From positions 1 to 60,703 of the forward strand of contig JBFMFK010000005.1 in the NCBI GenBank assembly GCA_040752125.1: DNA of 60,703 nt, written 5' to 3'. The stretch is from Patescibacteria group bacterium. Its GTDB lineage: Bacteria > Patescibacteriota > Minisyncoccia > UBA9983. Within the stretch, counting starts at the first letter, position 1. The number at the start of each line of letters is the position of its first letter. Positions 9,535 through 18,821 of this stretch are shown here, piece by piece. The translations under genes and the position numbers were made by a program. The notes beneath the pieces were generated by a model. The model was given only the letters and a program-made list of their open reading frames with translations. It was not told the DNA's origin and did no database searches.

Positions 9535-11589
9535 ATGATAAGAAAATTCTTATCTTATAGTCTAATATCGGGAATAATTCTAGTAATTGCCCTGGGCCCT
9601 TTTCTGGTTCATTATGCCCATGCCTCTATTTTTGGTTGGCTTTTTGGAGATGTTCTTATTGACCTTGTATGGGGTTCTTTTGTGAAGATTATTGCCTTTG
9701 TTGGCAATATTATACTTTGGCTGGTGGCACGAGTTTTGTGGCTTACTGCCCAATTATTTAGTTCAACATTAAAATTAACACTTTTAAACAATACTTATTC
9801 TGAAATACCAGCAGTAACTGTTGGCTGGAGTTTAAGCCGCGACTTAGTTAATCTTTTTTTTATTTTTATTCTTTTATATATTGCTATTGCCACGATTTTG
9901 CAAATATCTGGATATGGAATAAAAGATCTTTTGGTTAGAGTGATTATCATCGCCCTTTTAGTTAATTTCAGCTTAATGATAACAAAGGTGGTCATAGACG
10001 CTTCTAATATCTTAGCTTTGGGATTTTATAATCGTATTCAGACAATAACCCCAGCAGGAGTTGTAAATTATGGAGATATAACCGGCGTTTTGATGCAAGG
10101 AACCCATATGAACGATATTTTTAATGTTGATGGATGGGAAGGTTTTGATCCTAATGATAATTCTGAACAAACAATGAGAAGTGTAATCATCAACACTATT
10201 TTTGGGTCTATTTTAATTTTGGTCTTGGCTTTTGTTTTTTTCGCTGCCACTATTTTGTTTATTATCCGGACCATTGTCCTTTTGTTTTTAATGATTCTTG
10301 CTCCTTTGGCTTTTTTGGCAATGGCCTTGCCAGCCACAAGATCTTTAGCTCATAGATGGTGGACTACCTTGTTTCATCAAGCATTTTTTGCCCCTATTTT
10401 TCTGTTTTTTGTCTGGATTGTGGCCAATATTATTGCTTCTGAACAGTTTAATAATGCAATTAATATGACCGGCGTTGATGCAGCCAGCAGAATTTCTGAG
10501 GCATTTGGAACAGCAACTGGCGACCCCAGCCCTCATACCGGCATTATTGTCAATTACCTTTTATTAATAGGATTGAGCATTGGTTCTTTGGTTGCAGCAA
10601 AACAAATGGGAGCCTATGGTGCTGGCTCAATGATAAAATTGGGCAGATGGGCCAAGGGCCAGGCATTGGGAGCTGTAGGAAAGGTGACTCTTGGTCGTAC
10701 AGCCAGCAGGGTTGCTCAATCAGAAACACTGAGACAGGCAGCAGCAGAAGGAAAAATGTTTGCCATGCCTATGCTCAAAGGGATGGAACGTATGGCCAAG
10801 ATTGGTGATTATGAAAAGGATCGAGAGAAAAGGATTCAGACTGCCATGAACCTGCCGCCGCAATTAAGAGCCCAAACAATGGCCACTATGAACAAAAGAG
10901 ACAGAGAGGAAATGTTTAAGAAGATGTCTGCCAATGAAAGGGCGCAAATTTATGAAAAGTCTAATCTGGAGATGAAAGGGCATCTTGATGAATTTATGTC
11001 AGAGATGTCTTATGAAGAACAAGAGAAAACAAGAAAGGCAAGAGCTGATTTAGCGCTTAAAAAGAGAGACGAAGAATTGGCCAAGTTTTTCTTTGAGAGT
11101 CCTGATGATCTAAAACAGGAAATAATTACCTCAATGAAAGAGGCAAAAAGAACTGGTTTTGTTGATGAGCTCAAGAAATCACAAGAAGAACTAGACGAGA
11201 TTCTTAAGGCAGAAGACGAAACCTCCAAATCTATCTCCAAGATAATCTTGGCTATTGATCCAACCCTAGAAAAAGACCAGGAAAAGAGACGAACAATAAT
11301 GATGGAGCTTAAAGCATCTGATGCAAAATATCTTTCTCATGACGCCAGAATGAACCCGAGCATTACTGTTAATCTCACGCCAAGGCATTTGGAGAACCTG
11401 ATGAAGAGCGAAACATTGACCAATGAAGAAATAACAACCATAAAGAATAATGCCACTGAAGATCAAAAGAAATATATAGCGCAAGGACCATCAAGGGTTT
11501 TCTGGGGTTATGGAGAAGAAAAAAAAGAAGAACCCATGATTAAAGAGGCAGGCAAGTATGAAAGTCTGGATAAGTATAAGGCCACATAA
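9535..11589 (+). CDS. Polytopic VirB6/TrbL-like membrane protein with a long K/E-rich cytoplasmic tail
   Basis: About 7-8 hydrophobic segments over the first ~370 aa, then a ~300-aa charged coiled-coil-like region. Sits upstream of PrgI-like and VirB4 genes. Assigned from topology and context, not motifs. Confidence 0.5.
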   Translation: MIRKFLSYSLISGIILVIALGPFLVHYAHASIFGWLFGDVLIDLVWGSFVKIIAFVGNIILWLVARVLWLTAQLFSSTLKLTLLNNTYSEIPAVTVGWSLSRDLVNLFFIFILLYIAIATILQISGYGIKDLLVRVIIIALLVNFSLMITKVVIDASNILALGFYNRIQTITPAGVVNYGDITGVLMQGTHMNDIFNVDGWEGFDPNDNSEQTMRSVIINTIFGSILILVLAFVFFAATILFIIRTIVLLFLMILAPLAFLAMALPATRSLAHRWWTTLFHQAFFAPIFLFFVWIVANIIASEQFNNAINMTGVDAASRISEAFGTATGDPSPHTGIIVNYLLLIGLSIGSLVAAKQMGAYGAGSMIKLGRWAKGQALGAVGKVTLGRTASRVAQSETLRQAAAEGKMFAMPMLKGMERMAKIGDYEKDREKRIQTAMNLPPQLRAQTMATMNKRDREEMFKKMSANERAQIYEKSNLEMKGHLDEFMSEMSYEEQEKTRKARADLALKKRDEELAKFFFESPDDLKQEIITSMKEAKRTGFVDELKKSQEELDEILKAEDETSKSISKIILAIDPTLEKDQEKRRTIMMELKASDAKYLSHDARMNPSITVNLTPRHLENLMKSETLTNEEITTIKNNATEDQKKYIAQGPSRVFWGYGEEKKEEPMIKEAGKYESLDKYKAT

Positions 11590-11597
11590 AATAATTT

Positions 11598-12107
11598 ATG
11601 GAATACACTCAAGAACAATTAAAGACTGCTTATAAAAATCTTCCACCAGACCTCCAAGACGCCATTTTTAATGTTGAATCTGCGCAAGTAATACAAATTA
11701 TTGGCAAGAATAATAATCTTACTGCAGAGCAAATCGGCAGTCTGGCTGAAGAAATAGCCCTGATTATGCTAGGGTTAAATCATCCAACAGAATTTATTCC
11801 AAATCTTTCTCATCATTTGAATATTGACAAGGAGGCTGCAAAGAAAATTGCCCAAGAGGTCAATGACCAGCTTTTTTCAAAAGTCAGGCATTCACTCAAA
11901 AAAATCTATCACCTAGAGGAAACGTCACAGATAAAAACAGAAATTATCAAGGAAATTGAAAAAGAAGAGCCGAAAATTACAGATATTCTCCAGAACCTCA
12001 AGGCACCGACAGAAGAAGGAGTTTCCAGAGCACCGATGCAGGAATCTGAACATTCAAATTCAGACGCGAGATATCCTCAGGGAGATCCCTATCGGGAACC
12101 CATATGA
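11598..12107 (+). CDS. Soluble acidic hypothetical protein (T4SS-like locus)
   Basis: 169-aa ORF with no TM segment. The stop overlaps the next start (ATGA). Confidence 0.45.
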   Translation: MEYTQEQLKTAYKNLPPDLQDAIFNVESAQVIQIIGKNNNLTAEQIGSLAEEIALIMLGLNHPTEFIPNLSHHLNIDKEAAKKIAQEVNDQLFSKVRHSLKKIYHLEETSQIKTEIIKEIEKEEPKITDILQNLKAPTEEGVSRAPMQESEHSNSDARYPQGDPYREPI

Positions 12108-12514
12108 AAAAGTTTCAAGTTCCACAATTTATAGAAATTGAAAGCAGAATTTTTGGCCCTCTGACACTGAAACAATTTATCTATCTGATCGGAGGAGCAG
12201 GCATTATTTTTATTCTTTATAAATTTTTGCCATTTTGGTTAATGATTTTTTTCTCCATTCCCGTAGGGGGAATTGCTGTAGCCCTCGCCTTTTATAAGGT
12301 TAATAATCAGCCATTTATAAGAGTTTTGGAAAGTGCCTTTCATTATACGACTTCTTCAAAAATATATATCTGGAAAAAGCAACAGATAGAGAAAAAGCCA
12401 GAGGCCAAAAGAGAAACAAAATTGCCTGAACATCGGCAAATGTATATACCCAAAATCACAAAAAATAAATTAAAAGATTTGGCTTGGAGTTTGGATATTA
12501 AAGAAAATAGATAA
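12104..12514 (+). CDS. PrgI/VirB3-like small two-TM T4SS protein
   Basis: The N-terminus MKKFQVPQFIEIESRIFGPLTLKQFIYLIGG followed by two TM helices is the PrgI-family signature. It sits immediately upstream of VirB4, as in Gram-positive T4SS. Confidence 0.65.
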   Translation: MKKFQVPQFIEIESRIFGPLTLKQFIYLIGGAGIIFILYKFLPFWLMIFFSIPVGGIAVALAFYKVNNQPFIRVLESAFHYTTSSKIYIWKKQQIEKKPEAKRETKLPEHRQMYIPKITKNKLKDLAWSLDIKENR

Positions 12515-12515
12515 T

Positions 12516-13190
12516 ATGGCAATTGTCTCAAAAGCAACACAAGAATTTTTGCCAATAAGAGAGATTAGAGAGGGAGTGGTTACTCTCAAAGACGGTTCTC
12601 TGCGCGTAATTTTAATGGCGTCGTCTTTGAATTTTGCATTAAAATCTGAAGATGAACAAAATGCCATCATTGCCCAATATCAGAATTTTTTAAATTCCAT
12701 TGATTTCCCTCTCCAGTTTTTTATTGAATCCAGAAGATTGGATATTGAGCCGTATTTGCTTACATTAGACGATGCATTGAGGAAGCAGATTAACGAACTT
12801 TTAAAAATTCAGATCAGAGAATATATAGAATTTATAAAAAATTTTGTAAAATCAACAGACATTGTTTCAAAAACATTTTATGTTGTTGTGTCCTATACTC
12901 CCACTGTTGTCATTCCCGTCAAACAAACAGGCCTAAAAAAATTTATGGGTTTTGGAGGGGGGGCCGGAAAACAGACTGAAAAAGAGGAAAAGGATACAGA
13001 ATTTGAAGAGGCAAAAATCCAGCTCCAGCAAAGAGCATCGGTGATTGAAAGTGGCCTTGCCCGAGTGGAAATCAAGGCAGTGATATTGAATTCTGAAGAG
13101 CTGATAGAACTTTTTTACAAATTATTCAACCCCGGAGAATCAGAAAAATATTTTAAGGGCAATAAGGCGATGCTAGAAGGGGCAATATAA
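12516..13190 (+). CDS. T4SS accessory protein resembling a VirB4/TrsE N-terminal domain
   Basis: TQEFLPIREIREGVVTLKDGSLRVILMASSLNFALKSEDEQNAII... resembles the N-terminal region of Gram-positive VirB4-like ATPases. No Walker motifs. Confidence 0.4.
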   Translation: MAIVSKATQEFLPIREIREGVVTLKDGSLRVILMASSLNFALKSEDEQNAIIAQYQNFLNSIDFPLQFFIESRRLDIEPYLLTLDDALRKQINELLKIQIREYIEFIKNFVKSTDIVSKTFYVVVSYTPTVVIPVKQTGLKKFMGFGGGAGKQTEKEEKDTEFEEAKIQLQQRASVIESGLARVEIKAVILNSEELIELFYKLFNPGESEKYFKGNKAMLEGAI

Positions 13191-13202
13191 TTAATTTTCA
13201 AT

Positions 13203-15071
13203 ATGGCGTCATCAATATCAGATTTATTAAAAAGAAACAAAAAGCCAGAAAAGAATCAAGAAGAAACGGTTCCTTTGATTCCTCAAGAGATATACGAAAC
13301 CGAAACCGGTGTTCTTGAGCTTCAGGACATTATTGCACCTTCGGCACTGGAGATAAATTCCAGCATGATAAAAATAGGCGAGAAAGTTGCCAGAATATTT
13401 TTTATCATTTCTTATCCGCGCTATCTGGCAATGCAATGGTTCTCCCCTGTGATCAATTTGGATAAAATTTTTGATGTTTCTATTTTTATTCACCCAGTAG
13501 AAACCGGCACTGTTCTACGTCAGATGCAAAAAAGGGTTGCCGAAGTTCAATCGCAGATTCATATGCGTGAAGAAAAAGGACTTGTCAGAGATCCAATGCT
13601 TGATACTGCCTATCAGGATTTGGAAGATTTGCGAGATAAATTGCAGCAGGCTCAGGAAAAATTATTTTCTGTTGGCATCTATATAACCATTTACGCTGAT
13701 AATGTTGAAGAATTAAACAGGTTGGAAAGGGAGGTCAGAACTGTTTTGGAATCAAAATTAGTTTATGCCAGACCAGCACTTTTCCAGCAAATGCAGGGCC
13801 TGAAAAGTGTTCTGCCATTCTGCACTGATGAACTGGAGGTCAATATAAAAATGAATTCCGCACCTCTTTCTAGCATTTTCCCCTTTGTTTCATTTGATCT
13901 TTCTGCTGATAAAGGAATTTTATATGGAATCAATCGTCATAATAGCAGTTTAGTCCTTTTTGACAGATTTTCTTTAGAAAATTACAACTCAGTCATCTTT
14001 GCCAAGGCCGGTGCCGGGAAATCTTATGCTACCAAATTAGAAATTTTAAGAACAATGATGTTTGAGACCGATGTGATAGTAATTGATCCAGAGCGGGAAT
14101 ATGAATATCTGGCCGAGGCAGTTGATGGAAGATATTTTAATATTTCCTTAACTTCTAAGCACCATATCAATCCCTTTGAGCTTCCTCCTGTCGGAGAGAA
14201 TGAATCTCTAGACGATGTCCTGCGTTCAAATATCATCAGTTTGATTGGTTTATTTAGATTGATGCTGGGCGGACTGACGCCAGAAGAAGATGCCATTATG
14301 GATAAGGCAATCACAGAGACTTATGCTGCAAAGGATATCACCCCAGAGGTAAATTTTTCCAATGCAGTTCCGCCAACACTGTCTGATTTGGAACTGGTCT
14401 TGGCTGGAATGGAAGGAGGCGATTCTTTGGCCCAAAGATTATCAAAATACACCAAGGGAACCTGGTCGGGATTTATTAATCAGCCAACCAACGTTGATAT
14501 CAACAAAAAACTTGTTGTCTTTTCAGTCAGAGATATGGAAGATGAATTAAGACCAGTGGCAATGTATATTATCACTCATTTTATCTGGAATATTATTAGA
14601 AGAAACTTAAAGAAAAGACTGCTCGTAGTTGATGAAGCGTGGTGGATGATGAAATCACCGGACACAGCCTCTTTCTTGTACAGCATTGCCAAAAGGTGCA
14701 GAAAATATTTTTTAGGTCTAGCAACAATTACTCAGAATGTTGAAGATTTTATGAGTTCGCCCTATGGTGTGCCAATCATCACCAATTCTTCTGTTCAGTT
14801 ACTCTTGAAGCAGTCTCCTGCATCAATTGATGTTGTGCAAAAGACATTTAATCTTACTGATGAAGAAAAATTTCTCTTGCTGGAATCAGATGTTGGTGAA
14901 GGCATTTTCTTTGCCGGACTAAAGCATGTGGCTATAAAGATTTTGGCTTCTTATACTGAAGACCAGATTATCACTTCAGATCCGGCCCAGCTTTTGGCAA
15001 TTAAAAAGGCAAAAACTGAATTTTCGCAGGAAAAAGAGCAAACATTATCAGCACCCAATTTGCAAAAATAA
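13203..15071 (+). CDS. virB4: VirB4/TraC-type T4SS ATPase
   Basis: Walker A FAKAGAGKSYATK, Walker B LLVVDEAWWMM, and an N-terminal IAPSALEI...YPRYL block typical of VirB4-like proteins. Confidence 0.8.
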   Translation: MASSISDLLKRNKKPEKNQEETVPLIPQEIYETETGVLELQDIIAPSALEINSSMIKIGEKVARIFFIISYPRYLAMQWFSPVINLDKIFDVSIFIHPVETGTVLRQMQKRVAEVQSQIHMREEKGLVRDPMLDTAYQDLEDLRDKLQQAQEKLFSVGIYITIYADNVEELNRLEREVRTVLESKLVYARPALFQQMQGLKSVLPFCTDELEVNIKMNSAPLSSIFPFVSFDLSADKGILYGINRHNSSLVLFDRFSLENYNSVIFAKAGAGKSYATKLEILRTMMFETDVIVIDPEREYEYLAEAVDGRYFNISLTSKHHINPFELPPVGENESLDDVLRSNIISLIGLFRLMLGGLTPEEDAIMDKAITETYAAKDITPEVNFSNAVPPTLSDLELVLAGMEGGDSLAQRLSKYTKGTWSGFINQPTNVDINKKLVVFSVRDMEDELRPVAMYIITHFIWNIIRRNLKKRLLVVDEAWWMMKSPDTASFLYSIAKRCRKYFLGLATITQNVEDFMSSPYGVPIITNSSVQLLLKQSPASIDVVQKTFNLTDEEKFLLLESDVGEGIFFAGLKHVAIKILASYTEDQIITSDPAQLLAIKKAKTEFSQEKEQTLSAPNLQK

Positions 15072-15074
15072 TTT

Positions 15075-15587
15075 ATGCCAGAAGAAACGACAATAGAAGA
15101 AGAAAGAATGGCAAACTTGCAAACAGCCAGGTTTCAAGATGAACAGGATGAACAGGCAGATGAAGAAGAGGAAAAAAAGATTCAGAAAACCAAACAAAGA
15201 ATAAGCAATATTACTGCCATACTAATAATTATAGTAGCTCTTCTCTATGACGGTCTTGATGCCTTGATATCCCTTTTGCAAGCCATCCCGGTTATAGGCG
15301 GTGTTATCGCGATTTTTTTTGGTTCAATATTAGATATTTGGGCTTGGCTCACATTTTATGTATGGTTTAAAGTAAAAGGTGTAAGTTTAAGCGACAGTAT
15401 TGCAAGGGCAATATGCTATAATGCAGGTCTGTTATTAGAATTAATACCCGTACTTGGAGCATTACCGTTTTGGACTTTATCTGTTATAATAATGATATTA
15501 ATAGTAAAGGCAGAAGATAAATTGGCAAAAGTGCCAATAGTTGGCAAGGCGGTGTCAATGACTACCGGAGCAACAGCAGGCGAATAA
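15075..15587 (+). CDS. Membrane protein with an acidic N-terminus (T4SS-like locus)
   Basis: D/E-rich N-terminal 40 aa, then 4 hydrophobic segments. No family recognised. Confidence 0.45.
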   Translation: MPEETTIEEERMANLQTARFQDEQDEQADEEEEKKIQKTKQRISNITAILIIIVALLYDGLDALISLLQAIPVIGGVIAIFFGSILDIWAWLTFYVWFKVKGVSLSDSIARAICYNAGLLLELIPVLGALPFWTLSVIIMILIVKAEDKLAKVPIVGKAVSMTTGATAGE

Positions 15588-15592
15588 AATAT

Positions 15593-16645
15593 ATGCAGAA
15601 AAATATTTTAATAATTTTCTTTTCAATATTGCTGCTGATTGTCTTTAGTTTTTTCTTTCAAAATCAGGCAAAAGGACAGGGATTTAGTTTACCAAATTTA
15701 AATATATCTCTTCCTCCTTCTGACCAGATTTCCTCCCCCGATGAGGTGAAAAATTTTGCCCTGGATTTGAAGCCAAAATATCCTGGACCAAATCAGGAAG
15801 TCAATGTCAGTGCCAAAAGTTATTCTTTTGACATTGACCGTGCTGTAATCACCTGGTCAATAAACGGCATCCAAAAATTAAAGGGCGTGGGAGAAAAAAA
15901 TTTTACCTTTCGGACTGGAGATGTTGGTTCAAAAACCACCATTAATATTATTGTCGTCTCTTTGGATGGTCTCAAATTGGAAAATAATCTTATTATCATT
16001 CCTGCTGATGTAGATATTTTATGGGAGGCAGAAAATTATATTCCCCCGACATATAAAGGAAAAGCATTACCAACTTCTATCTCTAAAATAAAAATCTCTG
16101 CACTGCCAAATGTAGTCATTGATGATGTTAAGTTTTCTCCTTCCAAACTTATCTACAATTGGGAAATTAACGGCAAAAAGAAAATTGATATTTCTGGCTA
16201 TGGAAAAAATTCTTTTTCATTTAAAAGTTCTGCCATGATCGGCCAGGATAATATCAAACTGACAATGACTGATTATAACAAAAAGATTCTTGTAGAAAAG
16301 AGAGTATTAATTAATATTGTTCAGCCAAAAATTATTTTTTACGAGAAAAATCCCTTGGCTGGAATAAAATACAATTTGGCACTTTCAGATAAGATTGATT
16401 TAGGTGGCGGAGAGATGAGTATTAAAGCTGAACCGTACTTTTTTTCTCTCAGTGATTTAGACCAGCTTTTCTATCAATGGAATATGAATAATAAAGATAT
16501 TAATATGGAAAATGATCCCGCAATTTTGAATCTAAGGACGCCCGAAGGAGGCAGTGGTTATTCATTTATTAATCTAAGAGTTAAAAATCCTCTAAGCATC
16601 CTTCAGTTCGCAGACAAATCTTTAACAATTAATTTTGGAAGATAG
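15593..16645 (+). CDS. Secreted beta-rich hypothetical protein (T4SS-like locus)
   Basis: Signal peptide (..FFFQNQAKG). Composition suggests repeated Ig-like modules. No family recognised. Confidence 0.5.
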   Translation: MQKNILIIFFSILLLIVFSFFFQNQAKGQGFSLPNLNISLPPSDQISSPDEVKNFALDLKPKYPGPNQEVNVSAKSYSFDIDRAVITWSINGIQKLKGVGEKNFTFRTGDVGSKTTINIIVVSLDGLKLENNLIIIPADVDILWEAENYIPPTYKGKALPTSISKIKISALPNVVIDDVKFSPSKLIYNWEINGKKKIDISGYGKNSFSFKSSAMIGQDNIKLTMTDYNKKILVEKRVLINIVQPKIIFYEKNPLAGIKYNLALSDKIDLGGGEMSIKAEPYFFSLSDLDQLFYQWNMNNKDINMENDPAILNLRTPEGGSGYSFINLRVKNPLSILQFADKSLTINFGR

Positions 16646-16649
16646 GTTT

Positions 16650-17531
16650 ATGATAAAAATTATTTTTTCAATTATCGTCATAATGGCCATAATAGCACCA
16701 ATTGCCCTTTTTGCTCAAGATTATCGCTTGTTAGAACCCTTACCCGGTCTCCCAGGTTCCTTGCCAGTCGAAAGTGGATTTAGTCAATATCTTGGCTGGG
16801 TTTATAAATTCGCCATCGCAGCAGCAATCTTCTTGGCTGTTCTAATGATTGTGATCGGCGGCATTCAGATAATTGCTGGCGGAGCAAGTGAGACAGCACG
16901 GTCAAATGCCAAAAAAAGAATCAAGGACGCCATTCTGGGTCTTCTTCTGGTGCTTATTGCTTATCTGATTTTATATTGGATTAATCCTGATTTAGTGACT
17001 GGAAGGTTTAATATTCCCACAGCACAAATTAGAGGCGCTCCTCCGCCCACACCCACACCTACACCATCTCCAGGAATAACTTTTAATAACAATCCTTCTA
17101 CTGAATTAAGTAATTTTATGGATTGTATGATCAATAGTCCATGGGGGATACGCAACCTAAGAATAACCTCTACAACTGATAACAATATTGCTACAGGAGC
17201 TTGCAACCCCACTGATCCTAATGAACTTTTTAATAACAGAGACAATTGTCAACATCGCCAATATTCTTGTCATTATGGTGGACACAATTGTATAACAAGA
17301 GGATCATTTGCTATAGATGTTGGTATCACTGGTACAGACGGCACAAATATTGCCTATAGAGATGTAGCTAGAGTAGCAGCTGATTGCGGTGCCCGATTTG
17401 GAAGTCACGACCTGACAGCCAGATGCAAGAATGAAAGCAGTACCAGCGCACCCCATTATCACCTTAGTATCGGACCTTTTTTTATGTGTGGTTGCGATAC
17501 TAGTATGACACTTTGCGCTGCTCAAGATTAA
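16650..17531 (+). CDS. VirB2/TrbC-like T4SS pilin domain fused through a Pro/Thr linker to a Cys/His-rich putative LAS-type (M15-like) hydrolase domain
   Basis: Signal peptide MIKIIFS..ALFA|QD. LEPLPGLPG...IAAAIFLAVLMIVIGGIQIIAGGASETARSNAKKRIKDAILGLLLVLIAYLIL matches the two-helix T4SS pilin pattern. Linker PPPTPTPTPSP. The C-terminal domain has SCHYGG..GSFAIDVG and HYHLS motifs. Confidence 0.6.
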   Translation: MIKIIFSIIVIMAIIAPIALFAQDYRLLEPLPGLPGSLPVESGFSQYLGWVYKFAIAAAIFLAVLMIVIGGIQIIAGGASETARSNAKKRIKDAILGLLLVLIAYLILYWINPDLVTGRFNIPTAQIRGAPPPTPTPTPSPGITFNNNPSTELSNFMDCMINSPWGIRNLRITSTTDNNIATGACNPTDPNELFNNRDNCQHRQYSCHYGGHNCITRGSFAIDVGITGTDGTNIAYRDVARVAADCGARFGSHDLTARCKNESSTSAPHYHLSIGPFFMCGCDTSMTLCAAQD

Positions 17532-17534
17532 AAA

Positions 17535-18746
17535 ATGGAAATGAATAAAAAAATAATCATCATTGCAATCGTTGTTACAGTAATTCTAGGATTGATCGCT
17601 GGAGGTTATTTTCTATTTATTAAAAATAAGGGCAAAACAGGCGGTATCGCAGATATAATTTCAGGTTTTTTCCCAACCGGGCAAGAGAAAGATATCTTGC
17701 AAAATAATCTCATTCCTTCCAATGGCGAAAATATTGGTGCCAATCTCGCGGGTTCAGGAAATTTTTTCCAGATTTCGCATAATCCGGTTTCCGGCGCTTT
17801 TGCCACAAGCGCTTTTGTCAGATATATTGAGCAGTCAACCGGCCACATTTATGAAGTAGATTTACAGAAAAAAAGTTCTAAAAGAATTTCTAATACAACC
17901 ATCCTTGGCTCTTTTAATTCTGTTTGGTCATTTAATGGCGATAAATTGGTTATTGGTTATCTTGATGAATCAGATTATGGTCTTCAGGTTAAGAATTTTT
18001 CTCTTAAGATTTCAGATGAAACTGCTACCTTCACAGGAACCTCCACCGCACAAGGAATTTTCCTGCCCACTGATACAATTAGCATTGCCTCATCACCATC
18101 AGAAGATAAAATATTTTATCTTGAGAAATCAGGCGATTCTACAACCGGGATAATCGCTACTTTTGAAGACAAAAAAAGGGCAGCCATTTTTTCTTCAGTC
18201 ATCAGTGAATTTAATGTCAGTTGGCCAAATAAGAATAACATTGCTCTTTTAACTAGGCCATCAGCAGCAATCACAGGATTTTTATATTTTATAGATATAA
18301 AAACAGGTGCCCTCCAGAAGATTTTAGGCGACATAAAAGGATTAACAGCGCTTGTTTCGCCTGATGGAGGGCAAGTTTTTTACAGCGAGAACAGAAATAA
18401 TAACATCGTCACTAAGATCTACGATGTTAAAAACAAAACTGCTGATGAATTTTATCTAAGGACACTACCGGAAAAATGTGTTTGGAGTAGAAAGGAAAAA
18501 GATATTATTTTCTGTGCAGTGCCGACAAATCTTCCACAAGTTGATTACCCGGATTACTGGTACCAAGGTTTGATTTCTTTTGAAAATGATTCTATCTGGA
18601 AGATAAATTTTGTTTCAGGGGAGACCACCGAGCTTTTAAAAGACACAAATTTGGATATAATCAATCCTCTATTCACTCTATCAGAAGATTATTTGATTTT
18701 TATCAATAAAAAAGACAACACTCTTTGGGGCTTGAAGTTAAAATAG
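17535..18746 (+). CDS. Membrane-anchored periplasmic/extracellular beta-propeller-like protein (TolB-like by composition)
   Basis: N-terminal TM anchor. Repeated short strands with SPDG/..D-G-..-I-.. patterns. Last gene of the co-directional block. Confidence 0.45.
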   Translation: MEMNKKIIIIAIVVTVILGLIAGGYFLFIKNKGKTGGIADIISGFFPTGQEKDILQNNLIPSNGENIGANLAGSGNFFQISHNPVSGAFATSAFVRYIEQSTGHIYEVDLQKKSSKRISNTTILGSFNSVWSFNGDKLVIGYLDESDYGLQVKNFSLKISDETATFTGTSTAQGIFLPTDTISIASSPSEDKIFYLEKSGDSTTGIIATFEDKKRAAIFSSVISEFNVSWPNKNNIALLTRPSAAITGFLYFIDIKTGALQKILGDIKGLTALVSPDGGQVFYSENRNNNIVTKIYDVKNKTADEFYLRTLPEKCVWSRKEKDIIFCAVPTNLPQVDYPDYWYQGLISFENDSIWKINFVSGETTELLKDTNLDIINPLFTLSEDYLIFINKKDNTLWGLKLK

Positions 18747-18790
18747 AAAGACTCAAGATGAGAAGCAAATAAAAGTTCAGAGTTACATTG

Positions 18791-18820
18791 AAGAGCGATG
18801 CTTAAGTAGCGCTCTTTTTA
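18791..18820 (+). terminator. Intrinsic terminator after the T4SS-like locus
   Basis: Stem aAGAGCG/CGCTCTt with a 12-nt loop, followed by TTTTATTT on the plus strand. Confidence 0.5.
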
Positions 18821-18821
18821 T

